Notes: generated by a model not told the origin, from the letters alone. Counted from the stretch's first letter, positions 12,666 to 27,152 are shown. The stretch is 64,000 nt of DNA from Callorhinchus milii (GCF_018977255.1 NW_024704743.1:28646001-28710000); one strand, 5' to 3'. Numbers and translations are program-made.

Positions 12666-15404
12666 TTGATCTGTAAACCGTGCAGTATAAACATTGCAAA
12701 TTTCATTCATCTGCCAGGATTGATTTTGTCTTGTGTTGATCACATAAACATATCAAAGTAAAAATTGTGACCAGTAAAAAAGGCATTGGTTGATCCATGG
12801 TGGTGTGGCCCATCCTGCACTCCTCCTGTTTCTCTCACAATGGATAGAGCCCGAAAGCAGCCCAGTACTATGGAACTCACCAGTGCTTTATACTGGTATA
12901 TCGTTCAGGTTACTATTGATGTTTCATGCAAAACTTTTAACTGAGTAAGACAAAAAGGTTTTGGAGGAAAATAGGCTAATGAACTTTCAATTACAAAGAA
13001 CAAACAGCCCAGGAACACATAACAGACAGAAGAAAAAGTAAGATACTACTTTAATGCAGAAATTCCTGCATGAGGTTGAAGACTTCTGAATCCAAAAAGC
13101 ATGAAAAGATGTCAACCACAAGATCAGGAGTTCTTCCTTCAATCCCACTCATCATACACTTTGAACAAGCAAACAGCTGGAAATTATTGTAGAAGGTGCA
13201 AGTTTATCCATTTCCCCTGTCTTTCCCTCATGTTCATTCCCAGAATTGGGGGAAAAAATGACTGTGAGACATTGATACAACAGTACACAACGATAAAAGA
13301 GCCTGAAAATCCGATAGGCTTTATTCAGAATGGCAACCAGAGCCTCAATCAATGATGTACCAAAAATATTGTACATGTTATTTTCTATGTGACTTTACAC
13401 CATTTTGTAGAAGAGGTTTTGAACCAAATTGGTGCAATTTCCCAACTATTATCTAAATTTAATGCACTCTGTGGGTTGAGATTATTTACTTATGCAGTAA
13501 ATAATACATGTACAGATACTAAAACAGCAGTACTAAATCAGGAGACAAGTTGAGGAAATAAAAAACAAATTATAAAATGCACTGAACAAACTGTTTTGGC
13601 AAATAATGTGCTGACGTAATTGATGCAAACCATTTACGGAGAGTTTTAATTTGGTCTAGAAGATTGTTGTTGGGGATCTAAAGAGACAGAAGCTTTAAAC
13701 CTTTACCACGACATGTTTTTTTCCTCACTCTGTTCATAGCAACAACTGGAGATGGTGTTTCAGTTTTGCCTGATCATGAATTATGCTAATCCAAAAATAG
13801 TTTTGTAAATAAACACTCTACACTTCAGAAAAAAAATAATGTTTTGCTTCATACTTCATGCTCCCTTTATGGCTTACACCCTATTATTGCAATGGTTTCT
13901 TTAGAATTAGACCAGTCAGGGCTATGGTAACAACTGACACTAGTTCAGTGTCTTCACTCTGGACAACAGTTTAAATTTACTACTAATCGGAATAGAATCG
14001 CCCTTTAGTCATTGAACTGTTCCCTTCGTCACCTCAAAATAGCAGAAATTCTTGTCTCTGCATGTCAGTAACATCTGCTGGTTCAGGTTCAACTTTAAGT
14101 TTTCTGTTTATGCAAATTTCAGCTGTTAAAGGGTTAGTATCACGCAGTTGCAAAATTACGCACTGATAGGCAGTCTCTAAATTTATCTGCACAATTTTAT
14201 TTGACATGCATAAACTGAGGCAAAGATCTTCTGTACATTAATAATAATCCTTTGTTCGACAAGACTTTGAAAATATTTTTTAACTTCTGTACAGTTATAG
14301 ATGCTTTCTATAATTCCTATTTTATGACTGGAACAACTATTGGTCCATAATATTTAATATACCAGTGATTTAGTTTACATCGTTACCATTTGGTTAAAAA
14401 ATTCCTTTGTTTACACTGAAAGTGAGACGGACACAACCAACACTACATAAGGGGTAATACATACTAGATGTTAAGAAGTGGTTTGAAAAGGTTAGGCAAA
14501 TATCTGCTACAATCTACATTATTATTTTTAAAATAATATCCTCAACTTTATGAGAGTCCATTCACTTTATTCCTTTCTATTCTGTCCTCCTTCACACAAG
14601 AGGCCTCACCTGTAGATTTTAACCCCAGTTACCATTAAGAATTTACTTATTGCTACCTCTTTCCCTTATCATATGGTACTAAGGGGCTTCCATCAATAAT
14701 ACATCTCAATATGAACCTACCTCCCAGATGCTAGTTAAGTTTGTGCACTAGCTCTCTGGAAATTCAATACCATAGCTACCTGGGTCACTCGTACAATTTC
14801 TATTCACTTGTTATGTAATCTTGTTTGCTCTGAAGGGTGGCATTTTGCAATGTCATCTCTTATTACCATATTGTATGTATTTCAGGAGCATGAAGCATGT
14901 ACCTGAGAAGCAGTCTAGAGAGCAGACTGTTTGACTCTTTACCTGGAGTCTGGGTTCATAAACATGCTTGTAATGTTCAAGGCTTGGTAGCTACAGAGAG
15001 GCAGGCTTCAATTGGAGAACATGATCGTCAGTGGGATATAATCATAACATTGCTCACAGATGGGTGTATGTTGAGAAGATAACAGATGTTTCGATCTGGA
15101 TTAGACTTCAGCATACTGCACTGCCATCATTCACAAGGTCCTCGCCTCACACTGTGGTTGCCAATCCTAAAACCCAGTATTGCAGCCTTCACTTCCAAAT
15201 CAAATTACTATTTTTAAAAAAAGTTGACTTTTATGAAGTTAATTATTTATGAGGAATTTCCATTCTCAATAACTTTGACATCTTAGTATTCTCAGACAAA
15301 CCTTTCTGAAGTAAACAAAAACAGAAGTTGCTGAAGCACTCACCAGGTCAGGCAGCATCTATGGATACATTCACAAGCAGTATTTTGCTTTCTGGTTAAA
15401 GCCT

Positions 15405-15793
15405 AGTGCAGTAGTAGCACTCTCGCCTCTTGAATCAGAAGGTTGTAGGTTCAAGCCCCACATCGGGACTTGGAATTCCAAAGGGAGATTATTACGGAGG
15501 TCCTTCGGGTGAGATGTTAAGTCGAGTCTCATCTGCCTGTTCATGCGGATGTTAAAGATCCCATGGCACTCTACAAAAAGAGAAGGGAGTTTCTCTTGGT
15601 GTCCTGGCCATCCCCCAAATATAATTGATCATTCACTGCATGGCTGTATTGGTGGGACATTGCTATGTGCAAACTGGATGCTAAGCTTCACCCACAAAAT
15701 ACTCTTGTCAATCTATTTTACAGTATATCCTACAAAGCGCTTTGAGACTTCTCAATGATGTGACAGGGTGTTATATCAAATGCAAGTATTATT
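15405..15793 (+). mobile_element. Deu-domain SINE, family B
   Basis: Head, gatgttaaagatcccatggcact core and tail; further partial copies at ~16783-17092, 20859-21190 (-), 51625-51880, 53330-53495, 57640-57790 and 63525-63755. Confidence 0.78.
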
Positions 15794-16107
15794 AGTACTA
15801 TTTTGCAATGCCAAGTTTCCTGTCTGTCCTCAAACCTAATGCATTGGAAGTTAATGAAAATTAATAACTTTGTTACCACCGTTCTGATGCTAAATGCTGC
15901 TAAATCACACAGAAATGATATTCACATCTTGTTTGTGTCATATGTTGCGATGTGCAAATTGTCTGCCCATTTCCTTACAAAACGCACAGTCATTGCACTT
16001 TTCAACAAATGCTGTGAAACGCTTTGAGATGTCCTCCTGACATGAAAGGCGGGCACTATACCAAATACAAGGATTATTATTATATGTTACATTATATTAA
16101 TAATAAT

Positions 16108-16420
16108 GAGAGGACCTGGGTTAGATTCCCAGGCAGCGCAAAACTTTGGGCGAGTTGCCTTACTCCCCGTGCCTCTGTTCACCTAACAGTTAGTAGGAAC
16201 TTAGTTGTTAGTCGACTGGCGGATCGCTTTTCCAGGGGTAATAATTCCTTAAAAAAAACATTTGTGTTTTGTTTATGGGACACTGCTGTGCGCAATTGGC
16301 TGCCACATTTCACCCGCAAAATATACAGTCAATTCACTTTATGGTATATTCTGTGAAGTGCTTCGAGACTTCTCGAAAATGTGATAAGGTGCTATATCAA
16401 ACACAATGATTATTATTATT
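16108..16420 (+). mobile_element. SINE family A, 5'-truncated
   Basis: B-box region, agtaggaac..gttagtcga..ggcggatcgc body and ATT tail. Confidence 0.8.
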
Positions 16421-17145
16421 ACTGTATAACATTTTCAACAGGAGTTAAAGGCATCTATCTATTGGAAATTAAATTAGTAATCGGATTAGGAATCATGAAT
16501 AATTTGCTGAGTCCTCCTACAGCTCAGAAACTGCAACTAAAATTATCATCTTAAAGGTTTGACCTTAAATTGAATTTACAGAATTGAGCACAACAGAATT
16601 ATTTAATTGATATTCAGTGGAAATGATTTTGAACATGTAAGATTTATTTATTTAAATAAGATTTGGTCCGAAATAATAAATATTACATTTAATATCTGAA
16701 CATAAGGTATTCAAGTTCACTTTCCAACTCAAAATCAAGCTCAGCTGCAAATAATGTGATATAATATTAGAAATTTACATACTCTTGCCCCTGGGTTAGT
16801 AGGTTGTGAGTTTGAATCCCATGTCAGGGGTTTGAGTTTACTGTCTACGCTGACACTTCATTGCAGTACTGAGACAGTGCTGCCTTGTCAAAATTGCCAT
16901 TATTCAGGTTCAGAAATATCCAATGAGATTACGTCTATTTGGTCAAGGGGATGTTAAGTTAAAGATCCCATGACACTATTCTAAAAGTGAAGGGAGTTTC
17001 CCCCTGGTGTCGAGATAAATTTGTCAATTCACTTCACGGCTGTTTGTGGGCCATAACTGTTTGTGAGATGTTGCTGTGTGCAAATTGCACACAGGAGTGT
17101 GTTGGAGCATCAGACTTATTTAAGAAACAACTTGATGATTTAAAG

Positions 17146-17255
17146 CAGGGACGGCCAATTTGCAGCCTATGGGAAGCGTTGCTGCCTATGTGACTATTCT
17201 ACGCATGCCTAATGCAGCCTGCATGAGGGCTGTGGGTTGCAAGTTGCCATCCCTG
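17146..17255. mobile_element. hAT-type MITE, 110 bp
   Basis: Imperfect TIRs CAGGGACGGCCAATTTGCAGCC / GGTTGCAAGTTGCCATCCCTG; 8-bp TSD atttaaag / ctttaaag. Confidence 0.75.
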
Positions 17256-19299
17256 CTTTAAAGGAAGATGGTAGGGCGGATGTTCTGGAAGACTGAGATC
17301 AAATGAGCAAAAGGCTTACTTTATCCAAACTGGAGGTAAAGGAACCAGAGGTGTAAGGGAATAGATCTGGTGATGATCTGAAGATGTGAGCCACACCACA
17401 TCAACTCATCAAAGTTGATGAGATGAGGCTAAAGTGATTCTCATGATTATTCTGTATCCTGTTTCTTTTTTTAAAAAATCTTTCCTTCAGAAGGTGCTGC
17501 TTTGGGCTGGGGTATGGTTTGATTGGTACCAGCCTCTATCCAGTAAGTCGCCTATGTGACATTCTAGTTCACCAGGTGGGGGACATCAAAGCTGAGTGTG
17601 ATCCTATTCATGTGTTGGCTGTTCGATCCAGCATTTAAACACCGATAAACTCATTAAGCTCATTGACACCCTCATTATTTGTATTTGTTAAAGTGCTGTC
17701 CATTGGTCCATTTCATTGATATATTTAGAATAAGTACAATATTTAATCGAAGAACTTAAACATAATGAATTGAGTGCTACATTTTATGTACCAAGGTTTT
17801 CACAACGGATCTATTACTACAACTTTGTGGGATCCTACCCCTCAGCTTCTTATTTATTTTATAATGCTAGACATACATGAGTATTGAAAGCTATGGTTTA
17901 ACAACCATTTGTAGTTTACAGCTTAGTAGCTGAGGTTAAGTGGGTCATCATCCTGGCCTCTACCTCATACGTTTTGAGTACAACATTACATTTTCTGCTC
18001 TGTTGGTCGTCCAAACTCAGTGCCAATCTTGGCACTTATAATAAGTGATTTTTTTTGTGAACTTGAGCTCAAAGAATAAACATATTTTCTTAAAATTAAT
18101 AAAAAATTGCCTGAACAAAGCAACCTCATAATGTTCATAAATGTTCAAATCAATGCAAACTTGGAATTCCAGGAGCAATGCCTGGTCAGTGCTACAATTT
18201 GCAATCTCAGCAGTACAGAGTAGTAATACTGAAGCTAGTGTTTGGTCTTTCGAGCTTCCGAGCTCTTCTGGGGAAACAGGAAAATCAGGCAGACTCCCAC
18301 TGCTGATCACGAACTAACTAGTGACTGATGCTGGAAATAATCATGTCTGATCAGGTGAGCACAGCACGAGGTTCAGATCTGGGAGCCCAATTGTCGGACA
18401 ACGTGCCATCAGTCACAGTTTACAATTACATACAGACCGGCCAAAGAGCACCCGTTGAACTGTCCCGCAGTATGAGTAAGTTCTTTCAGAAGAGGAAGGT
18501 GGAAAATTGGAAAGAGCAAAAAATACTTAAATAGTATAAACAGTTTCGTCAGAAGTATTTGCATTCTGGTCAGACATGCTGGACAGTGAACCATTTACCA
18601 TAAGATGAACATTAGGTACAGGAATGTTGAAAGATGTTCTTTACAAGGAAATTTCTGGCTACCGTTAATACAAACTGTCAGATATTTATGTACAGATATT
18701 GAGACTAATTGAGTGGGCGAGGGAAATTCTAGGTGTTTTCTGTAATGCTGTGATTTGCCGCTCTCATGCATCAATGGATTTCCATCACCAGCATTGTGAA
18801 GCCCTCGATTTTGCAGTAAACGAAAATCATTCACTCTTGTCCTCAATTCTGACCCAGCCTTCAGAATATCCTTCCTGTTAATATTTTAGACAAGAGTAAC
18901 CATGCATACAAGAAACACACATTTTAGTAAAACAACACATATGTGAAATCTAAGACCACACTGTTCCCTTTATTGTATCAGCTGCTGACAACTTGTAGAG
19001 CTGCTCCAGCTGAATTTACAAATCTACATTGGATGAAAATCGATGCAATACTTTTCAAAAAAGAGATTGGATTTAAATCACTTCTATTGTTTCTCCTGTT
19101 ATTTTTTGGTTGGGTGTTGCACAAGTAGGTGTTCCTCAGGTACTTGCTATTATGCTTGTTCCAAAGCATTATTTATGTCTGCAAAAGAATTTCATTTGGT
19201 CCCTGAGAGAAAAAACCTGAACAGACACTGGAAGTAGATGAGATGAATCACAAAGTACAACATACTGTTCATCCTGATTCTTGTAGATCGTAGACATTT

Positions 19300-19977
19300 G
19301 TGAAGTCCTGTAGCATAGTGGTTAGAGCACCCACCTCGCAAATGAATGGACCTGGGTTTGATTCCCGGGCAGGGAAAAACTTTGGGCATGTTTGCTAATG
19401 CCACACCATACCTAGCAGTAAGTAGGAACCTGGTTGTTAGTCGATTGGCGGATCGCTTTTTCGGAGGTAATAACCCCTCCAAAAAAAAACAAAATTTGAG
19501 TGACTTAAATGCACAACTGTTTGTGGGACACTGCTGTGTGCAATTTGCTGCTGCATTTCTTCCACAAAATATGCAGTCAATTCAATTTACGGCATAATAA
19601 TAATAATCCTTGCATTTGATATAGCGCATTTTACGCCTTCTAGACGTCTCAAAGCGCTTCATAGAATATACTGTAAATATTCTGTGGGCGAAACGCGGCA
19701 GCCAATTGCACACAGCAGTGTCCCACAAACAGTCGTGGATGAGTGACCAAATTATTATTTTTTTTTCTTGAGGGATTATTATCAGGCGTATGGAGTAAGG
19801 AAACTTGCCCAAGGTTTCACCCTACCAGGAATCGAACCCAAGTCTCTCACTTGCAAGGCGAGTGCTCTAACCACTGAGCTACAGGACTCCACAATGTTAT
19901 GTTCTGTGAAGTGCTTTGAGACATCTTGAAGACGTGATAAGGTGCTATATCAAATGCAAGGATTATTATTATTATTA
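19300..19977. mobile_element. Nested SINE family A pair: a + copy interrupted by a - copy at 19594-19892
   Basis: + head and body 19300-19593, full - copy, then the + tail resumes at ~19893. Confidence 0.85.
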
Positions 19978-20324
19978 TGTTAACTTAATTCATCAAAATC
20001 ACTGAGCCAGAAATCTAATGTGTGAGTGGGCAGTTTTCTGGCTGCAACAATTGAAAAGGGTATCTCCAGGGTTCAAAGTATGAGATTCAGTACTATTTAA
20101 TTAAAAGCTATATTATTCAATCATGTAAGCTTCCTCTCTGTCCCTGTCTGCCATTCTGCCTACCATAAGCAAAATACACTTACCAAAACCAGAATAAGCT
20201 CCTCCCCTCACCACAACTCCACCTCTACATATTACATTATATAACACAAGTTGACTTTGCACAAGTTGTATGGAATAAGGAAACTTGCCCAACGTTTCCT
20301 TCCTGCCAGGAATCTCACTAACTG

Positions 20325-20745
20325 GCAGTCCAATCCCTCTCCACCCTCTTTCCTCCCTGGTTCACCTTTTCACCTCCACATTTTACTGGTTCCATTCTTA
20401 CATGTCCCAACATCTTCACTATGTCTTCTCTAGTGGCTTCTCTTTCTATGGTCCCATGCAGTGTTCCTCAGGGCTCTATCCTTGATCCTCTCATTTTCCT
20501 CATCTACATGCATACCCATGTTGACATCATTCTCACGTATTGGGACCACACGTATGTAGACAACACCCAACAAACCGCCTGTCAGACATTAAGCCCTGAA
20601 TAGAATAAAATTCCTTCAACTCAATATCAGTCACCTCTCTCCCAGCTTGCTATCTCCTTCCCTGCTCAAGCTCCCACTCAGTCTCCTTAAGATGCTTCAC
20701 AACTTTATCCTTTGTGAAAGGTGTATAAAAGTGCAAGTTGTTATT
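20325..20745 (+). mobile_element. Highly degenerate L2 LINE fragments
   Basis: VPQGSILDPLIFLIYM motif and an L2-like tail aagtgcaagttgtt. Confidence 0.6.
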
Positions 20746-23700
20746 GAATATATTTTCAGCTTTGTAAATCCAGCTTAGTATTGTCACAATTAAATGAATA
20801 GAAACGCAAAATTGACAATTTTGACAAAATGGCTAATTTTCTGAACCACGAACAAACGTAATCCTTGCATTTTATATAGCACCTGATCATGTTGAAAATT
20901 CTCAGTGTTTCACAGTAATTATCGTAGTTTAGTGACTCAAGTAAGCAAATAGAGCAGCCAATTTGCACACAGCAATGTCCCACAAACAGCCTGGGCTGAA
21001 TGATCAATGTACCTTGCGGATTGTTGGCCAAGTCACCAGGATAAGTTTCTTTCTCTTTTTGAATAGTGCCATGGGATCTGTAACATCCACCTGAACAACA
21101 ATGCATAATTTTGATTTAATGTTACCTGAATGTCGTCATCGCCAACAATGCATTGTTCCCTTACACTGTACTGAAGTCTCAGCCAAGATATTTAGTCTAG
21201 CTGTAGTACTGTATATTATATGATAATAATAGTCCATGTATAGTACAATGCAATTTACCTTTTTATAGCACCTTGCTTGTCAGGAGGACATCCCAAAACA
21301 CTTGACAATTCTGGCTGGGCAGAGGGTGGGAACTGAGTTTATTTCAAGTTTTATTTTGTATTAATGATTAATAATATTGACAATAAAAGGCACAAGTATG
21401 TATTAAGTTATATTTTATGTTACAAATAATGATTCATATTTAAATCAAAACTTCTGAAATAAATGTTTTGATGTTGACTGTACTTTCCAAGATTAATTTA
21501 ATATGCGGAGATAACATTTGTGAAATTCTAATAACAATCGGTGCCATTCATACTTACTCATTTAAAAAAAATACAATTCAATAACAATCCACATGAATGT
21601 AGAGGAAATGTTACTGAATTTAAAATATGGAACTTGGTTTACATTGGAATTCAACTGGAAAAGTATATTTCTAAAATGGATATTTACTGTATACCATCTC
21701 TGAATGACTTCATGAAATGCATGCCAATCAATTTCATATTTTAGTGGGAACAATGTGCCAAATGACCTTCTTACTGTAAATGTCTATGGTTCCAGTAAAA
21801 CATGACACATTGATGGATTCAGATAGTTGTTATGTTTATCTTTCTTCTTTCAAGAACATCTCTTTGCTCAATGCACCCTCAGATCTCTAACCGAACAGAT
21901 GACCTTCTGTCTATTCAGTAAATGAAAATAAGTGTTGAAAACAGCCACAGAATTTAATGAGAACTTTTTGGTGGTTTAAAGGAACAACATGCTTTAATTT
22001 GACATTGCTGGGAGCATAGATCATATTACTATTGTTAACAGTTTGTTGAAAATATTAATTTGTTTTATAGAATTAAAAGTGGTCTTTTGAAAAATTGGTG
22101 TATAAGATATCAATGTAGCATATTTCCCCATCGTCTGTCTCAGGAACAAGGGAATCAAGTAAAAGAGCATGATGTCTTTCCTGTTGGTTTCAGTTTAAAT
22201 TAAAGTAGAAAGGATTGAGTAAAAAGAAGCCATTCACCTCATCAAGCTCACTCCCTGCACATCCCATGCAAAACATACCCTATTATGGACCTCACGACTC
22301 CTCCTCCTATTCAACCTTACACATAGACTTCCTAAAGTACAACATCAATCAAGCAAAATCTCCATAGTATTTATCTATTCCCACTATTTCATTTGAGGCT
22401 CATTCCCTCCACAAAGACCCAGAATTCACTGTGACCAACTGTGGTGTATGGTCCATTGCTCTCCCTATATCTTTCAATACCAGGCTCGGGTGGAGGCTTC
22501 ACTTATTCGGTTTTGAATAGGTTCCCCTTCCCTTTGGGTTGGAATGTAGGAAGGACGTGGCTTGAGTTCCCCATCCTCATGGTTACGGGTTAAAAGGTAT
22601 AACAAGCTCTGCTTAGTGAATGGGGAACAAATAAAGCAAGGAGCTTGGCATTTAGTGAGCATTGCTCGGTTCGTGAGCACAAGAGGTGTGTGCTTGTCCA
22701 TTCCCCGCTAACGTGACCTGAAGCAGACAGGGTGGGGGGGATGGGACAGAGGGCATCATTGAGTGAAATGTTCCTTCAGTGGTGACGCTTCTGTGATCCG
22801 GTCAAAGCTCCAAAAGGCTTTGAAAATCACCTGGTTGTTGGCACCAGGAACCTGCAGTGGTTGGATGTGGAGATGTCCTCTGCATGCAAGGATTATAATT
22901 ATTATTATAAAATCATTTAATATTTTTAACCAACTGTCAACTTATAGCCAAAGTAATATGACCTATGCTCCCAGCAATGCCAAATGAAAGCATATTGCTC
23001 CTTTGACTTTTACTTCAATTTCTCAACTCTCAACTTCAAATATTTTGAGAACCCCCTTCTCAGTAGATTGGCATTTCTTTTTTCCATTGTTATTTCCAAC
23101 AAACCTATTGCAGTTTATCTCGAACTCAATTGGGTGGTGTAGCGAATGGCGTTTAACCTAAGATATAGCTTTCACACCTCGTATAAATGTTTAAACTGTT
23201 TTACAGAAATTGGGAAATAAAATCGATTCTGCCCTGAATATTCAAAGAAAGGGTTATATAGACCCAGATCATTTGGGTACCAATACACTGGTCTAGAAAC
23301 GTAAAATAATATTTCACGTTATTCGGATTTTAACAGGAAAACTCAATAGGGAATGATGGAGCAGACTTTAAAACATTACTTAGGATTTCCTTGACGCAGC
23401 TTTGTAAATGGCAATATATCAGTGAATTAACTGCTGAGTTTAGAAACCTATAGGAGTAACCCACATTAACTGCTTTATGAGAATTGTGACTAATTGAACG
23501 TACATTCAAAGAAGAGCGATGAGCAATGTTCTTGAAAAAAAAATCCCTGTAAAAAGCTGCGACTTGTCTAACCTTTTGAAATTGATCTTTTGAGAACGGC
23601 AGGAAACGCGGTCTCATCAAACCTAATGAATGACCTGTGGCTCTGATGTGGGCAATTCCTGAATCGGTCAAGTTTGCTCAGTCTTCGTGTGTGTGCGTGT

Positions 23701-24959
23701 AGCCATTCGGACTGCATTCAATCCCAGTGATAAGCGTTCACTCACTCTTCAGGACACCGCAGTCTGCGGTAAGTGAAAAGAGTTCACCTTTCCTTCTGAG
23801 ACACAGTATCAGTTGCAGCAACGGTGGTGTTTATTTAGAAAGGGTTTCTGTTTTCATGCACGCTTAATACCTGAGAATAATATGTTACGAAAGATGAAAG
23901 ACCACAAGGGAAGTAATATTGTTCCATAACCAAACAGTGTGAAACCTTCGTGTGCTTTAAATTGCAGTTTGTGCTGGGAGAGATTAAACCACGGTGTGTT
24001 AATATCTAACGCTCTGGGTTAGTTTTGCCTCTGGATTCTGTGCATTGGACAGTAATAAACCTTTCAACACAATTCTATAAAGTTGGTGACTATTGTTGGA
24101 AACTGCAACAATAGTTTTTTTCACTACCCCCACCATCCCCCCCCCACCCCTCCCCTCCCCTCCCCTTCCCCTGGGAGAATTTTACAACAGATCCAGCAAG
24201 AGTGGTCAACGTCCACAAACAGCTCTGGTTTGGAGGGATGAGAGGGGAGGAGGGAATTTAAATCAGCAAAACATTGTTTGCGAGGCTGGGAAAAGAGACC
24301 TGTTGAATAAAAAAAAAGGGGGGCCAACAGTTGTATTGTCACAAAACAAAGGCAGGTGTGTTCCTTTTGCACACTCGCTTCTCTTTCCTGTTTTTCTCTG
24401 TACTTTTTTTTTTGATTTGGTGCGATGTGACCTCAGGAATTATTGCAGCAGAAAGGTGGGCGCCACCGTGTCACAACCGGTAGCGAAGTGGAAACTGAAT
24501 GGAAACGTAGGTGTCTTTGCAAAATTCTCGTTGGAGCATTTGTTTTGACTTCTCTGCCTATTTTTAGCATTTGGCATCTTCGGTACCACCGCTGATCCCC
24601 TCTCTGTGGCTTCAGCGCTCGGGGTGGATCGTCCACAATAACCAGAGGCGATCAGCCCAATTCGCTGTTGGTCACACACACACACACACACACAAAAAAG
24701 AGCTCATTTTGCCCCCCACCCCCCCCCCCAAAAAAAAGGGGCTTCCGAAAGCGACACGAATGCACAGTGAACGCAAACCCTTCTCAAATGAGAACTCACT
24801 GTGCAACAGTGATTTACTTGAATTGCAAAGGTGCGACGCTAATAAAGGCGATTAAAGTTTCCGATTGCACTGCAGCTCAATAACTATACTTTGCAGTTCC
24901 TTGTTTGCTAGTAGTCATGACCGTATTTTTGTACCTGCCCCAGCAATGGTATCAGCTTT

Positions 24960-24963
<4 letters not shown>

Positions 24964-24994
<31 letters not shown>
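24964..24994. repeat. (CT)n microsatellite
   Basis: Direct reading. Confidence 0.9.
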
Positions 24995-24997
<3 letters not shown>

Positions 24998-26669
24998 GCC
25001 CAGCGACCAGGGTTGCCCACAACAGACCAAGCAGAAAACCAGGGCATTTTAAGGAACTTACCCCCCCCCTCACCCCTCCCCATCCACCCCCACCCCCAAC
25101 TTCAGCTGCTCCCAATAAGCAACACATCTCAATGTGCCACAAAAATCAGCCCCCGTAGCATTCTGCTTTTTTTCCTGCAAGGAAAAAAAAAGGTTAACGT
25201 GCCCACACTTCTTTTTTTTGTTGTTGTGCTGCAAAGGGGAGGGAGATTTCGGGATCAACGCTTGCAATTAGTTTCCAAAAATCTTAAGTCGATGCAACGA
25301 GTGTATTCTCTTGCTCTTTGTTACTATATATATCTGTGTGAGGGGCGGATTGGTTTTGTCTATTAGTCATATTTATAATCGGGAAATATTGCTGTAAAAA
25401 AAAATTGAGAGTTGGTCATATTTTCTGTTATTGATCTTCTTCACCTTTAAATATTGCACAACTCCTAACCTGCCCTATTTTTTTTTCTCTTTTACGTTTC
25501 AAAGACAACTGGCCAAATGTTTCCATGCATCAGGAGAATGGCCATTATATTTAATGACAGGTTTTTTTTAAAAAAAAACACAAATCTAACCGAAAACAGG
25601 CTTTGCAAAAAAAAATAAACGCAAGCAAATAAAACCAATGCTGGTTAAAGGTTTTTGAAAGGGAAATGCTCGGACTTCCTTCGATCAATTAGTCCAACGT
25701 GTGGGTCAATATCAGAAAAAAAGTTGCTCTATTTGGAATCTGAATTGATCTCTTGATGGTGAAACGAATAAGGATACTGTCACTGACACAAGATAACTCA
25801 AATCAGTTTGCAACTGACCTCTTCATTGGGATTCTTATGCTACTACAATATTATGTACGGTTTGCCCACAAAATATACAGTCAATTCACTTTAGGGTATA
25901 TTATGTGAAGCGCTTTGAGATGCCTCGAAGACATAATAAGACCCTATATCAAATGCAAGGATTATTATCATGTACAAAAGTCACAGCAGCTATGCAAGTG
26001 GAGCGTCGCAAAATTAGACATGAACCATTTTATAATTCCCCACTTTATAATTATGTTTGCAAAGAAAATGATTGATCAGCTTTCCCACAACGAGTTGAAC
26101 CCGGACAAGGTCCATTCCGTTTTGGAATTGAAACTGATCGTCAAGGGAAAGCTTGGTGTTTTATTATGTGTACGTACTGTGCTTTGAACTTCGAAAGCAA
26201 AACACCGAATGAAAAATGTAGTCTTTTTTTTAAAGACAACACATGCAATCCTGCGTTTTAAACGCTTTAAATAATATGCACCCCCACTAATTCCTGCATC
26301 TGGCTGTTGATGAAACTGAAAAGACACGCTTCACATCTGGTTTGATATGAATGCTGGGGTCAGAGGAGCACAGCATAATATCAAAATAAAATCATTGCAG
26401 TTGATCTTGGCGGCTCGGCGGGTCGGTCCAGAAGTCTCAAAGCGCTTCACGGAATGCGCTGCGAAGTGAATTCATTGACTGTGTATTTTTGCGACGAGTC
26501 TCGGTTCTTATCACTGAAGTCCCACAACAGAAACGAGTGCCGGAGCAGATGTGAGAGTGCAGCACAGTTCCCAGGAGGTGGCGTACTGATTGCTGAGCTC
26601 TGCACTGACACCCGCCATCCAGTGGGTCCACGGTAACATAGGAACCTGTGCGATTTATACATAACAAGA

Positions 26670-26685
26670 ATATATATATATATAT

Positions 26686-26718
<33 letters not shown>

Positions 26719-26731
26719 ATTTATATATATA
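26670..26731. repeat. (AT)n microsatellite
   Basis: Direct reading. Confidence 0.9.
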
Positions 26732-27152
26732 CTTTTGCAACATTAAGCCTAGGAAAATGCACCTCCCTACACCAGTAATATATATATATGTATATGTATA
26801 TATATGCAGTATATATAAGCTTCCCTGCATCAGTAAAATACACCTCCTGAGATATATGTATATCTATATTACTGATGCAAGAAGGTTTATATATATTACA
26901 GATATATAGTGTGTGGCACACGTAGTTTTGCTGAAAAATGAAGTCTCCCTCAATCACAGCAGTCTCCAAAGCTGCTGAGAGGGCTTCATAAACGCAGCTC
27001 ATGCAAACTCGGGACAAATAAACCGTAACCGTGAGGAATTGGGGCTGAAGGTCGGCGTCAGAGAGAGGTCATCCGCACTGACCGGTTGCAGTGGAAGAAA
27101 GTGTAGGTCCGAGAGGGGGGTGTCAGCGGCCAACAAACAGCCGGCGCTTGTT

